64,000 nt of DNA from the human T2T-CHM13v2.0 reference genome, Homo sapiens. The notes below the pieces were generated by a model, which saw only the letters and a list, made by a program, of their open reading frames with translations, did not search any database and was not told the origin of the DNA. The stretch is taken from the NCBI RefSeq assembly GCF_009914755.1, contig NC_060927.1. One strand, given 5' to 3'. Below, piece by piece: positions 40,852 to 55,729 of this stretch (its first letter is position 1; every line of letters starts with the position of its first letter). A program made the translations under genes and the position numbers.

Positions 40852-42827
40852 CCAGCTGTACAAGGAAGAGCTGGTACCATTTCTACTGAAACTATTCCAA
40901 AAAATTGAGGAGGAGGGACTCCTGCCTAACTGATTTTATAAGGCCAGCATCATCTTGACACCAAAACCTAGCAGAGATGTAGCAAAAAAAGAAAACTTCA
41001 GGCCAATTTTCTTGATGAACGTTGATGTAAAATCCTCAGCAAAATACTGGCAAACTGAGTCCAGCAGCACATCAAAAAGCTAATCCATTATGATCAAGTA
41101 GGACTTCAACCTGGGATGCAAGTTTGGTTCAACATATACAAATCGATAAATGTGATTCATCACATAAGCAGAATTAAAGGCAAAAACCACATGACTATCT
41201 CAATAGATGCAGAAAAGGCTTTTAATAAAATCCAACATCCATTCATGTTAAAAACTCTCAATAAACTAGGTATTGAAGGAACATACCTCAAAATAATAAG
41301 AGCTGTCTATGACAAACCCACAGCCAACATCATACTGAACAGGCAAAAGCTGGAGGCATTCCCCTTGAAAACCAGTACAAGACAAGGATGCCCTCTCTCG
41401 CCACTTCTATCCAACACTGTATCGGAAGTCTTGGCCAGGGCAATGAAGCAAGAGAAAGAAAAAAAGAGCATCCAAATAGGAAGAGAGGAAGTCAAACTAT
41501 CCCTGTTTGCAGATGACATGATCCTATATCTATAAATCCCACACAGTCTCAGCCCAGAAGTTTCTTAAGCTGGTAAACAACTTCAGCAAAGTCTCAGGAT
41601 ACAAAAATCAATGTGCAAAAATCACTAGCATTTCTTACAACAACAACAGTGAAGGTGACAGCCAAATCAGGAAAGAATTCCCATTCACAATTGCCACAAA
41701 AAAGAATAAAATACCCAGGAATATAGCTAACTAGGGGGTGAAAGATCTCTACAAGGAGAACCACAAATCACTGCTCAAAGAAATCAGAGATGACACAAAC
41801 AAATGGAAAAACATCCAATGCTCATGGATAGAAAGAATCAATATTGTTAAAATGGTCATACTGCCCAAAGCAATTTATAGATTCAATGCTATTCCTATTA
41901 AACTATCATTGAGATTTTTCACAGAACTAGAAAAAAATATTAAAAAATTCATACGGAATCAAAAAAGAGCCTGGATAGCCAAGGAAATCCTACCAAAAAA
42001 AGAACAAAGCTGAAGGCATCATTCTACCTGACTTCAAACTATACTACAGGGCTACAGTAACCAAAACAGCATTGTACTTGTAGAAAAACAGACACAAAGA
42101 TGAATGGAACAGAATAGAGAACCCAAAAATAAGACTTTACACCTACAAATATCTGATCTTCCACAAACCCGACAAAAAGAAGCAATGGCAAAGGATTCCC
42201 TATTCAACAAATGGTGCTGGGATAACTGGCTAGCCATATGCAGAAGATTGAAACTGGACACCTTCCTTACACCATACACAAAAATTAACTCAAGATAGAT
42301 TAAAGACTTAAATATAAAACTCAAAACTATAAAAACCCTGGAAGACAACCTAGGCAATACCATTCAGGACATAGGCACGGCAAAGATTTCATGATGAAGA
42401 CACCAAAAGCAATTGCAACAAAAGCAAAAATTGACAAATGGGATCTAATTAAACTAAAAAGCTTCTGCATAGCAAAACAAACTATCAACAGAGAAAAGAG
42501 AAAACAGAAAACCGACAGAATGGGGAGAATTTTTGCAAACTATGCATCTGACAAGGTCTAATATCATGCATCTATAAGGAACTTAAACAAATTTATAAGA
42601 AACAAACAACCCAATTAAAAAGTAGGCAAAGGACATGAACACTTCTCAAAAGAAGACATACATGCAGCCAACAATCATATGAAGAAAAGCTCAACATCAC
42701 CGATCATTACAGAAATGGAAATCAAAACCACAATGAGATACCATCTCACACGAGTCATAACGGCTATTATTAAAAAGTCAAAAAATAACAGATGTTGGAA
42801 AGGCTGTTAAGAAAAAGGAATGCTTTT
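40852..42827 (+). mobile_element. L1PA/PB ORF2 fragment (RT domain to C-terminal region), decayed and truncated at both ends
   Basis: ORFs 41116..41535 ([36 protein letters not shown]), 41738..42013 and 42104..42298 are L1 ORF2 pieces broken by stops and frameshifts. Confidence 0.96.
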
Positions 42828-42915
42828 GGGTGGAAAAGGTAACATCTTACATCCATGGAATAATTTTTTGAAAGTAAATAATTATTGCTGTTATGATGTG
42901 ATAATTATTTAATTT

Positions 42916-43110
42916 AGGGGTTAACAAACTGCAGCCCTTGAGTCAAATACGCCAGCTGCCTGCTTTTGTAAATAAAGTTTAACAAGAACACAGCCATGCC
43001 CATATACCTTATGTATTATATGTGGCTGCTTTCGCTACAATGACAGAATTAAGCAGTTGTTACAAAGACCACAGGGTTCACAAAGCCTAAAATATTTACC
43101 AACTCCTAGT
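42916..43110. mobile_element. MER58A hAT-Charlie MITE
   Basis: ggggttaacaaact...ttttgtaaataaagttt...acacagccatgccc...aaagcctaaaatatttac. Confidence 0.8.
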
Positions 43111-43669
43111 TTATTTATTAACTGAAAAGCTTTGCAATTTGGAATTTTATGTATGATGTTGTATGTTCTTCCTCCAAAGAACAACTTTTTAAAAATTTTG
43201 CCCAGCTAGGAAACAACATGAAATAGCTACACTTTTCAGGTCATCCAATTGGCCAGATCACACAAAAGCATGACAAGATAAGAAAAACAAGCATTCCCTA
43301 TCCTTCAACCATCCTCTGAAGACTGCAGGGCTTTGTTAACTATGTTTTTAAAAATTAAATCAGGAAACACTTGGATTGCTACAATAGAACGTAAATGAGC
43401 GAAGCAAACAAACCTAAGTAGTCTCCATTGAATAGATGCGTCCATTAAAATAATTCTTAGCCAATATACAGAATTGAGTCTTCAACTAAGCTTTCTTTTC
43501 CTCCAACAAATTTTAGGGGAAAAAAGAGCAGACCAAATAAAAGAGATTCATAAAAGACTTAGCAAAATACATACATATCTACCACCTTCCTAGAGTCTAG
43601 ACAGGATCAATAAACTTTCTACTTAATCTCCAAAATCTTCTCTATGGAAAAGATGACTACTTAGGAGCT

Positions 43670-43890
43670 TGCTTTGAAGTCTTGAAATGTTGAGTTCAAA
43701 TCCAAGCTTTGTTGCTGACTGGCTGTATGACCTTGGAAAAAAATTGTACAACCCCCCTTTTAGCTTCTTTACTAAAATGTAGGTACAAATGTCTGCTTTA
43801 AAGGCTTGTTATGAGGATTAAATTTGATGATGCATATAAAGTATTAGGCTTACTGTCTGGCACATAGTAAGTATTTAATACTTGGTAGGT
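43670..43890 (+). mobile_element. MIR
   Basis: gagttcaaatcc...ctgtatgaccttgg...gttatgaggattaaat...ctggcacatagtaag. Confidence 0.8.
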
Positions 43891-44730
43891 ATAATTGATG
43901 TCCAAACTGGAGGTCAGGACGTAAATTATGAAGCCTCCACTAACAGTTCACTCTAAAAGAATGATGTAGAATCATTCACTAGCCATCAAGGAAAGGGAAT
44001 TAATGTATTTTATTCATATTTTCAAAAAAAAAAAGGATTGAAACACAAAGGGCTAACAACAAAATTTAATCAATACACTATACTCCACTACCCAAGCTTC
44101 TGCTAATTTTAGGTCTGAATCACTGAGGAAACAAAAAGGCTGCATGTTGGAAGAAGAAAAATTCAAATTATTAGCATGGGGAATCTGGACTGGTGAAACG
44201 TGTTCAAAGGTTAGTAAAATATCTCTATTTGCAAGGCTGTGCTAGATGGCTTATCATAGATTTTGTTGTTTGGCAAAAGGTAGAAAAAAGCAGAAAATAT
44301 TATTTTTGTATGTATCTTTCTGAAAGTATACCTCTTTAACATCTCTGATTACAATTTTGTGGCTCAATGCATATGAAAAGACTTTGAATAAATGAGCATA
44401 CTTATGAATCCATTTTGGCAACAAAGGAAAGAGATTGCTGAAATGTCTATAGCAGTTTTGAAGGCTGCATAGAAAATGCCCAATTCCCTGCTCCTTAGAT
44501 GCAGGATACCCACTGTCTCTCAATTTCTACTTTCCATTGCTGTTAGCATCTTGGTAACAGCAGGTGCAGTCAGATAGAAATATCTGGCCATGTGTTCTAG
44601 AAACAAGTGATAGAGAAGTAAGAAAAACCACGATGGGGTCTTCAGAAAATTATGGCTCTGGGAAATTAAATATTGCCCTCTGGCCCTGTACCAACCACAT
44701 CTTTAATGCCTCTAAATTTGTCCCTAGTAA

Positions 44731-45037
<307 letters not shown>

Positions 45038-45789
45038 AGTATATATGTATTGATGTATTTTCACATTGGAAGATTGCTGAAATTAAGGTACATCTGGCAA
45101 GCAAAGTCACTTAAAACTGGCAGTCCCTTGAATATCTAATGACTTCTAGGGGCAGTGTATGACTTTGAAAAGACATGGTTAATTTCTGTCCCTCTTTGAT
45201 CAACCTTGTCTTGGAACAGACAGATTGAGTGTGGTCAGAAGGAAAGTTTATGCCTGGAAGATTACTGTGACCCTCAGGTAACATCCACATTATAAAACAG
45301 GAGTACCAGCAGATGAATTCAGGCTGAATACTGAAGACCTGTGACACTGCTGCACTTTGTTGAACCAGAAAAAAATGACCAAACATGCACCTTGTGTAAT
45401 GTGGGCATTTAAGCTCCTTGAGGCCATAACTGCCTTGGACTCTGCATTTACTGATTTAGTCAATATTTAATTGTGCATCTATTTTGTGCTGAGCATTGTG
45501 CTAAGTGTTGGCTGTATAGTGGTGAACGCAATAGACATCACTCTTTGCTCAATGAAATCTAGAAGAAGAGATAGACAATAACAGAAAATAAGTGTGCAAA
45601 GCAATTTCAGACTGCATTAAGTGCTGTATAAACAGGGTATTGTTTCAGGAAGGAAAACAGCAAACACTGAGGAGCCCATTTTAGGCAGAATGGTAAGGGA
45701 GAACTTCTCTACAAAGGTTACATTTAAAATGATACCTGAAGGAGCCAGCCTTATGAAAGCCTGTGGGCAAACAATGTTTGGATGCCTCC

Positions 45790-46650
45790 CACAGTGAGTT
45801 ATGCCCTACTTTGGTCCCACCCTTGAGTGTGGGAGGAACCTAATCAATAGTGTATAACTTCTATCAAGAGTATACACTTCTAATCAATAGTATATGACAA
45901 GAATGAGGAGATTTTACAGATGTAAAATTCTTAATCAGTTGACTCTAAATTAATCTAAAGGGAGACTAACTTCATGGGCCAGACTTAATCAGGCAATCCA
46001 TTGATTGATTGATTGAGACAGAGTCTCGCTCTCTCAGCCAGGCTGGAGTGCAGTGGTGGGTGTTTTCATGGCTCACTTCAGCCTTCACCTCCTGGTCTCA
46101 AGCGATTCTCCCACCTTGGCCCCTCAAGTAAGCTGGGACCACAGGTACATGCCACCATGCCTGGCTAATTTTTTAAATGTTTTGTAGAGATAGAGTCTCC
46201 CTATGTTTCTCAGGCTGTTCTCGAACTTCTGGCCTCAAGCAATCCTCCCTCCACAGTTTCCCAAAGTGTTGGGATTTCAGATGTGAGCCACTGTGCCCAA
46301 CCAGGTGATCCTTTTAACAGTGCATCTATAAATAAAAAATTTGATGCACCAGAGACTCTCTCTCTCCCTGTTGCTGGATCTGGAGATTCTACAGCTGCAA
46401 GGAAAGGAGTTTTGCCAACAACATGAAGGAGCTTAGAAGTGGATCCTTCCCTGTTGAGCCTCCAGATGTGAGCACAGCCTTGCCAGCACCTTAATTCCAG
46501 CTTTGTGAGACCCTTAACAGACGACCTGGCTAAGTCATGCCTGGACTTCTGACCTAGAAAAATTGAGATAATAAGTGGGCATTCTTTTAAGCTGCTAAAT
46601 TTGTGGCAATCTGTTACACGGCCAAGACAACAAAAACAATAATCTAAGCA
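45790..46650 (+). mobile_element. MaLR LTR (MLT1D/E-like) inside L2, with a nested AluJ
   Basis: ccttgagtgtggg...ttaatcagttgact...[Alu]...gagcctccagatg...ttttaagctgctaaatttgtggcaatctgttacac. Confidence 0.75.
46000..46303 (-). mobile_element. AluJ with (TTGA)n tail
   Basis: Antisense dimer. Confidence 0.9.
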
Positions 46651-47703
46651 GGACAACTATAAAGTCATTGAGAGGTGTGTAGTGAACAAAGAGGACAATT
46701 AGTCAGGAGCCACATCATGGGCCATTGTATGACAAAGTAAGAAAGTTTAGGCTGTATCCTCAGCATACAACACATGATGCCTAGTGCACAGTAGATGCTA
46801 AAATCTGTTGAATGAATGATGAAAGTATGCTTCTAAATAAAAGGGTTTAATATTAGCCTTCCGTCACTACTTCCCATCTCCAGATTTTAAAACATTTCTT
46901 CTGTAGATATTCAGTGAAAGATCACTCATGCGAAGAACTATATTGTTGTTACAGGATCAAGAAAAGAGATGAAGAAATAGAGTCTGGCCCCCAAAGCAAA
47001 TGTTCAGTCAACAGACCTACCAGAAACTTCTGGACAAGGAAAAAGCTATGTAGTTATATGGAGATTAAGGGCTCTGTAATGAGGTATGGATACAACCCAG
47101 CAATCTGGGTCACAGCTGAAGGCCTGATAATTTGAGGTTTCTCTTCAGAGTCTAATAAACTATCTGAAAAGCTGCCATGTGTTCATCAAGTTCAAGGAAG
47201 ACAGTGCTGTAATAAGATAACCACATCATCAAAGGCCATGCTGATGATGGTTTGGAGGAAAGGAAATTGAATGTTAAGAAAATTAGCAGTTCAATAATGA
47301 TAGAGAATCCAATATTGAAAATGCAAAGGTGTTTATAAATTGAGAAATCAAGTTTTCTGATTTCTTTCTTCTTCCTTCCAGACTTATCTGAAAAACCTCT
47401 AGAAATTCAGAGAGAATAAATGAACAGATTATCGTCTTATCCTATTAGTTGGAGTGTGGATGTTATCCCTGCTGCCAGTTGGGCACATGTAATGGCCAAG
47501 GAGAAGTTTAGAGTCATGCTGCACTTAGTTTAGAAGAGAAGAGTGTGATCAGTAAGAGAAAAACCAGAAATGGCATTTTCAAAGAGCAGAATGGAAACAT
47601 CGAGATACAACTGACATCCTTAGCTCATATTCACCACATCTTCAAAATTAGCTGGATTGCTTCACTAAGAAGAGTCTATTTGCCTTTAAAAATACATGAA
47701 GAT

Positions 47704-48065
<362 letters not shown>

Positions 48066-48394
48066 TTACTCCTTCTAAAATGCACATTTGAGGTATTTTT
48101 CAAGGGAAAATATCCGCACAGTTTTGAATGAGATAGTTAATGATAACTTATAAAGTTAAGCAGAGGAGTAGAAAGTAGCAGACAGCTGGTACAACTGAGA
48201 ATCAAATTTACGCCAAATTTGAAGGTTACTAAAGGGAAAGGGGAGAGATGGTGCATCTTGAAAATGTTTTTAAATATCATATCGTCATCATCATCATCGC
48301 TGTCAGCTTTGCATTTCATGAAGATGGAAAGCAGGTCTGTCTTAGCCTCATTTCTCAGATAATAAAACCTATTCTCAAATTATCTCACTTAAAA

Positions 48395-48663
48395 ATTTTT
48401 TTTGAGACAGAGTCTCACTCTGTCACCCAGGCTAGGGTGCAGTGGTGAGATCATGGCTCACTGTAGCCCTGACTTCCCAGGCTCAAGTGATCCTCCCACC
48501 TCAGCCTCCTGAGTAGCTGGGACTATGGGTGCATGCCACCACACCCAGCTAGTTTTTAAATTTCTTGTAGAGATGGAGCCTAGGCTGGTCTAAAACCCTT
48601 GGACTCACATGACCTTCCCATCTTGGTGTCCCAAAGTGCTGGAATGGAGCTGTGTGCTCAGCC
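48395..48663 (-). mobile_element. AluJ
   Basis: Antisense dimer with deletions. Confidence 0.88.
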
Positions 48664-49569
48664 TACCTTACTTTTTTTGAGTTACCTTTAGAATTCAACT
48701 CAAATAGCTACATAATTGACTGCATCTTCCCAAGGGTCTATGAAAAATAAAACCAACACTGATTCATAATAAAATTTGCCATTTTACTTTGGATATTATG
48801 TTGAGTATGAATTTCTTCTATGAGATTTATCCACTAATTCTCAAACAAACAGAATAGATGTTAAGAAACTCCGTGGGCAAATTCAGAGACATTTGTTAAA
48901 CTCTCTTGCTTTTCTCTTATCTTTTGATAGACATGGTTCATGTTACAACAGATAACTGATATGTAACTGACATAATCGCTCTTTGATAAATGTCATTTCT
49001 CATTTGAGATAAAAATGGCAGTTACTGGCAGAACCTCATAAAGAGAGAGCATGGGAACTTTCACAAAGCAGCAGCAGAAATCAGATTACAGCGTCCCCTA
49101 GGATACGATATGCGTAAGAGGAAAACATTAAGCACATTTTGGGTTTGGGAAGCACCTAGAAATTGCTTTGTTTGGTAAGGAGAAGAAGGTCCAGAAAATA
49201 CAAAATTAAACAGGAAACAATTTCAGCAGAGTGAGGATGAAAGTGATACAATATCATTTCTGTATTCTTGCTACTGTGAGTTGATAAGAGTTGTGCAGAG
49301 CTGAGTGTAGTCTGCCAGAAAGTGAGTAAATGTATAATTTCAGACACCTGATGGTAAGGCATGACAGGTATACTATCTTTGCTGCCTGTCTACATACAGC
49401 CTGCCAGCAAGGAAAGAGGAGGGAGGTAAATTAAATCTCTGCTTTGCTACCTGCCTATGCAGACTTCATATGAAAGCTGCTGTGGTCAGTCTGAGGCTAT
49501 TTTCAGGGATGGAGTCAGAGAGCTCTGTCCCACCAGCCTCAGTGCGTCAGGGCACTGTCTACTGCCACC

Positions 49570-50170
<601 letters not shown>

Positions 50171-50239
50171 ATTCAGAAGATAACTTTCTTCATATCCCAT
50201 TGTTTTGATGGTTTCTTTGTTGAGACTTTTGGTATTTGT

Positions 50240-50850
50240 TTTCATTTACAGAATAACTGTGTTTAAGGTAGAAATTTGGAGACATAAAAAAGCACAAATG
50301 AAAATCATAAAAATCAACCATAATCCTATCCTTTAGAGATAAGCACAGTTAACATTTTGTTCTTTGCCTGTCCAGTACCTTTTTCCATCCTTTGTTCCCA
50401 TAGAAATGGGACTGTGCCTGCATATTGTGCTTCATAGCCAGATTCTCCACTTAGCAATATCTAAGGAACATTTTCCCACATGGCAAGCCTTCTTCTTTAA
50501 CAACTCTTTTATTGCTGTTCTATTGGATAAAGAAAATTCCCTTGTATGGTTAAATCAAAATCTAATTAATTAATCCTATACTGCTGGGAATTAAGCATGC
50601 TTCCATTTTTTCACTATCATATAAAAGGCTGCAGTGAACATCTTTGGACTTAACACTCTTGCACACACTTCTGCGTATCTACTTGTAATGAATTCCTAAA
50701 GGTAGAGCTCCTAGGTCAAAAGGTTTTCCCATTATGAAGGTTTTCTGCTGCAAACTAACAGATTGCAGAAAGGCTACACTAAGAATTTATTGCCACAGTA
50801 AGTTTAGAGAATAGCCATCTCTATATTGTCATAGAAATGGGTATTATATG
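50240..50850 (-). mobile_element. Old L1ME fragment
   Basis: gctgcagtgaacatctttg...aattcctaaaggtagagctcctaggtcaaaagg. Confidence 0.65.
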
Positions 50851-51134
50851 TTGTGAAATATTATCATGACCAATATTTTCTTTCTTTTAAAATACTTTTG
50901 TTTGCCAATACACTCCTGAAACTTAGATTACTAAAGACATAGAAATCAAAAAACCATATATTTAGAATTCATGTGTATTTTTGTATGTATAAATTACTTT
51001 CATATGTTCTTTTGCCCTAATTTCTATTGATATGAAACCCTGAAACAATAATCAGATTTAGATATGAATAGAGAGTAAAATACTAAATGTCTTAAGTATC
51101 CCTGTCCCAAGAAGAAGTACTTTATCTTGTAATT

Positions 51135-51409
<275 letters not shown>

Positions 51410-52324
51410 TAATTCTTTTTTGGCTAAGAGTACAATCTTTATTCTGGAGAGAGAAGATATTCTTTAATATTACTGTACTTTTTTCTATTTCGCAAAAAAG
51501 ATTTTGAGGGTAAAATGAGTCGGATTAATTCATTTTTTAGGAGAAAACAGTAAAATATGATCCTGCCACTCAATTCAACAAGTGCAAAAACACTGAGATA
51601 AGACAAGAAATGGCATAACAATGGATTCACTCCAATGAAGCTGAGTTTGAGCAAGCACAGAAAATATGCATAAGCTGTTGCAATAAGAAGAAAAATTAAT
51701 CCCTAGAATAATTTTGTACCTAGAAGGTTTAGGAACACTTGACTCTCTCTGTAATTCTGAATCTTGCTTATAACTCAGGTGGATGATTTTTCAATATTGA
51801 AGCTATGACACCTTCTTGTGGTGGAAATGCTGGTGGAGGTGATAGTGGTGGTGGAGGCTAACGCCACCTGCTTATCCCATTCTAAAACTGCTACATGGTG
51901 GGATGTAGTAATATTTTAAATAAAATAATGATTAAATTTAATTTTATATTGATATGTGAAATTTCAAAATACTTTTTGACCCATCACAAAAAACCTTTCA
52001 TCTCCAGATTTGTAATCAATGTTTTCAATTAAAGTTGGATGAGATGAAAGTAGATACCAGCAATATCTTTGAATGTGATGCATGTGTTGTATTATGAAAT
52101 GCTAAACAGACTCTTACTAAAACATCCAGAAAATTCAAGGTGATATATCATAGTTGATAAGACCCTACCTACTAGTTAAAATAATTTTCCATTATCCATT
52201 TATTAATTCGATAAACATTTACTGAGCATTCACTCTGTGCCAAGATTTTATATACTGGGAATATTAGCAAACAAGGCAAAGATGAATCTCTCTGATAGTT
52301 CTTTGAAGGTGAAGGGCAACATAA

Positions 52325-52470
52325 TTACCAGGAAGGAAGGTCCTTGTTTAAAATGCAGATTCCTGGGCCATGCTCTGAGGCTGCAGAATGAGAATCTCTA
52401 GGGCTAGCAGCTGGGAATGTGCATTTTTAAACTGCTCCTAAGAGACATCCAGTAAGAATTTCAGACTGCA
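52325..52470. mobile_element. MER5A-like MITE
   Basis: ttgttaaaatgcagattcctgggcc...gaatctctaggg...gggaatgtgcatttttaa. Confidence 0.7.
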
Positions 52471-52851
52471 AAATAGGCACGTAATAAATATTTGTTGAAT
52501 AAATGAATATAATGCTAAGCTTAGGCAGGATATCAAGATATGAGATACCTCGCTTCCCTAATCCTCCATCTAGAGGAAATACAGGCCCATTTTGGGGTGG
52601 ACCCAAGCAGAGCCTCAGCTCTCGCCATCAGAACCACTCAGAAATTCATGATGTGACTAATATACAGGTATCGGGCCTTTTGCAAGCTTTCCATTTTAAA
52701 AAATTATTCTTGACAGGCAGGTGCTAAGTTCAGTAGTCTTCCCAGCTGAGGAAGCACAAGCCCTTCAACTGGCAAACACCAAAGGCAGAACCATATTTTT
52801 TAAAAAATTGATTTTTAGCACTTTTGACACGTGGAAAACAAGCCTTACTCA

Positions 52852-53070
52852 TAGGGCCAACTTACCCATTAGACACAATGAGCTCAATGCCTAGGGCCCC
52901 TGAGACTTTTAAGGGCTCATAAAAATGTTTTATTTATTTATTTTTTAAATCAGAAGAAAAGCATGAATATACTCCAGCCTAAACTGTATTCAACTTTTTA
53001 CCAGTAGAGTAATAAAATATAAGTTTTAATCCTTTTTTTAAAAAAATCAAGAAGTATCTCATAGAAGTTG
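52852..53070. mobile_element. hAT-Tip100-like fragment (MER115/Zaphod-like)
   Basis: agggccaacttacccattagacac...tgcctagggcccc...ttttaagggctcataaaaatgtttt. Confidence 0.5.
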
Positions 53071-53122
53071 GAATGCAGCTCTGCTTACCCACAGCTCTGG
53101 GCCCAGGCGAGAAACACCTTAC

Positions 53123-53455
53123 CTGGCAGGCATTGTAAAGGAGCTGATGTTCGAACTTCTTGATCCCAAGAATGTTCTGGAACATCTCATAGAGTTGCTC
53201 CTTGCTCAGAATCAGCTCGGAGGCTGCGCTGGCTGTCATCCGGGCCTGCTGCTTCCGCGGGTCCTCTTCTCCACGGTAGATGGCATCAAATTTGGCCATC
53301 CAGGAGCTCAGCACAGTCTCCTTGCTGAGGCCGTCAATCTCAGGCAGGCTGCGCACTCTCTTCTCAATGTGCTTCTTGAAGACCTCCCGGGAGTCGTTGG
53401 CGGAACAGCCTCCACTCTGAACCATGCGGGCCACACGGTCGCTCTTCAGGAACAC
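53123..53455 (-). CDS. CADPS: CADPS (CAPS1) internal coding exon, 333 nt / 111 aa, N-terminal region (probably exon 3)
   Basis: The ORF track (52979..53608, minus) contains [111 protein letters not shown], which I recognise as CAPS1. Minus-strand acceptor ctttcctggccttgttcttgctcag|GTG (AG at 53457-53456) and donor CAG|gtaagg (GT at 53122-53121). The segment is locally GC- and CpG-rich. Confidence 0.96.
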
Positions 53456-53869
53456 CTGAGCAAGAACAAGGCCAGGAAAGACAGTAGGAGAGTTTACCAC
53501 AGAGGTACCAGTTCCCTGGGGCTGGACACTGGGCCAGTCCACCTCACGTGCATCCCAGGAGGAACCACTGTGGGTCTCACCCTGCCCCACCACCTCCTGG
53601 CTGTGCAAACTCAGAGTAGTCTCTTACACATTCTGCTTCTGTGTCCACATCTGTAAGATGAGAATAACAATTGTACTTACCAGGTTGGTGCAAGGATTAA
53701 ATGAGATGATACTATCATGAGAGGCAGCACATGGTATACAGACCTGTGCCCGGGCTGCATAGGTTCTCTGCCCCTTAGTGGCTGTGGGACTTTGGGCAAG
53801 TTAACCTCTTTGTACCTCAGTGTTTCCATTTATAAAATGGGGATAATAGTATTTATTTAATGTTTAATT

Positions 53870-54388
53870 TCTTTTTGAGATAGTCTTGCTCTGTCACCTA
53901 GGCTGGACTATAGTGACAATCACAGCTCACTGTAACCTCCACCTCCCAGGCTCAAGCGACCTCCAGCTTCAGCCTCCTGAGTAGCTGGGACTAAGTGCAT
54001 GCCACCACACCTGGCTATTTATTTATTTATTTATTTATTTTGTATTTTTGGTACATACAGGGTTTCACCATGTTGCCCAGGCTGGTCTCAAACTCTTGGG
54101 CTCAAGCAACCCATCCACCTCGGCCTCCAAAAGTGCTGGGATTACAGGCATGAGTCAATGCACCCAGAATTTAATTTTTTATTTTAAATAGAGGCAGGAC
54201 TTTGCTCTGTTATGTAAGCCAGACTTCAGTAGTGATCACGATGCACTGCAGCCTCAAACTCCTGGGCTCAAGCCATCCTCCTGCCTCAGCCCCTCAAGTA
54301 ACTGGGACTATAGGTGTGTGCCAATATGCCTCGATAATTTTTTAAACTTTTTGTAGAGACAGGGTCTTGCTGTGTTGCCTAGGCCAGT
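53870..54388 (-). mobile_element. Two tandem antisense AluJ elements (second one partial) within MIR
   Basis: Alu at about 53870-54168 and about 54175-54388; MIR sequence on both sides. Confidence 0.9.
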
Positions 54389-55729
54389 ATGTATTTTAAA
54401 ATGAGGATTAAATGTGTTAATGTGTAAAACACACATAAAATAGTGCCTGGCCCATGTTACACTTGTTGCTGTTATTATTATTATATGTAAAGTGCCTGGC
54501 ATGATATCAGGCACATAGCATTAAACATTAACCACTATTTGTACCTCCTTTTATCCCTTCAATGATACTTTTAATTGAAAGTATACAAGTATCAGGTAAA
54601 CATATATTTAATTTTCTCTCTTCCTTCCTGAAATGTAAACTCTACTTGGGCAAGGAACGTGTCCTTCTTGTTCCTCACAATGTCTTCAGGTCCTAGAATG
54701 TCTTCAGCACCTGACACTTTAAAAGTGAATTAACAATGAATATAGGTGTTAGGTTAAGTTTATTTTGTAGATGAAAAACTGAGACTTCAGAGAGGGGAAG
54801 GGACTTCCTTTTGGTAGCTCAAATTGTCTGACTACCAATGGGTAGTCTTTTTACTTCACCCGGGTTCCTTCCTTCCCTGCAGGGTTCTCCTGCTTGATGA
54901 AAACCTCTCCCGCCTGGTGGAAAATCCCTGGTTGGTCTGCTGGTGCTACCTGGTTGAGTCCTGGGACCAAGACTTCTTCTATTAAGAAAGTCTTATTTTC
55001 GCTCCACTGCCCACCATTCGGAAGCTTACATGAGCTACATGGTTCTGGGGTGTAATACAAGGCAGTGAAGCCGCCGCTTCATATTCACGGAGAGGAAGCA
55101 TCTGACACGTTTGAGCTGCGTCCTGGTCACACTTCAGAAGGTGCATAAATATCCTTCAAGAGGCAGAGCAAATGTTCATTCCCCTGTCAGATTTCAGGAA
55201 ATGCACTTGTTGGCCATGAGACAGCACTGCCTGGGGGCATCTCATTGCCTCATGCTTCATCACAAAGCGTTTCTGGGGTGGAGAGATGTTTTTTTTTAAA
55301 AAGGCTCCGGTTTATTGTTGACTTTAATGAACTAATTTAGAAAGGATGGCTGAGGGTTTGCCTCACAGGGTAGAGGCCATGGCCTGCTTCCTTATGAGTG
55401 GGAACTGGTACTCAGATGAGACCTTAGAGTTAATTTGAAAATTAATTATAGACAAAATAGTTTCAAATGAATCCTCAGGCCTTATGAGCCTTAATGAGCT
55501 AAATAATTCATCTGCAAACCTGTAACACTTAATGGGGATGGTTTCTCCATCTAACCAACACATTATAGATCTCAAATACCAGTGTTTTGAGGCTAGTGGA
55601 GGAAGTCTCTGGAAAGGCAATGGAGCATTGTGGCAGGAGCTGTAACTCATGATCTCAGGCCAGGTCTGCCTCTAACTTGCTGTGTGACCTTGAGTAAATC
55701 ATCTCCCCTCTCTGATTCTCTAATTTCTT

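Noticed and set aside
41116-42298. Reverse transcriptase ORFs as a novel retro-element or retron-like system
   Set aside because: Ordinary decayed LINE-1 ORF2 with stops and frameshifts.
52979-53608. The whole 209-aa minus ORF as a single-exon gene
   Set aside because: Only 53123-53455 is bounded by splice sites and matches CAPS1; the flanks are intronic read-through.
53147-53656. 169-aa plus-strand ORF overlapping the exon
   Set aside because: Antisense shadow of a GC-rich coding exon; no recognisable domain or promoter context.
54700-54720. REST/NRSE-like site (ttcagcacc; also at about 28198)
   Set aside because: Left half-site only, with no GGACAG right half.
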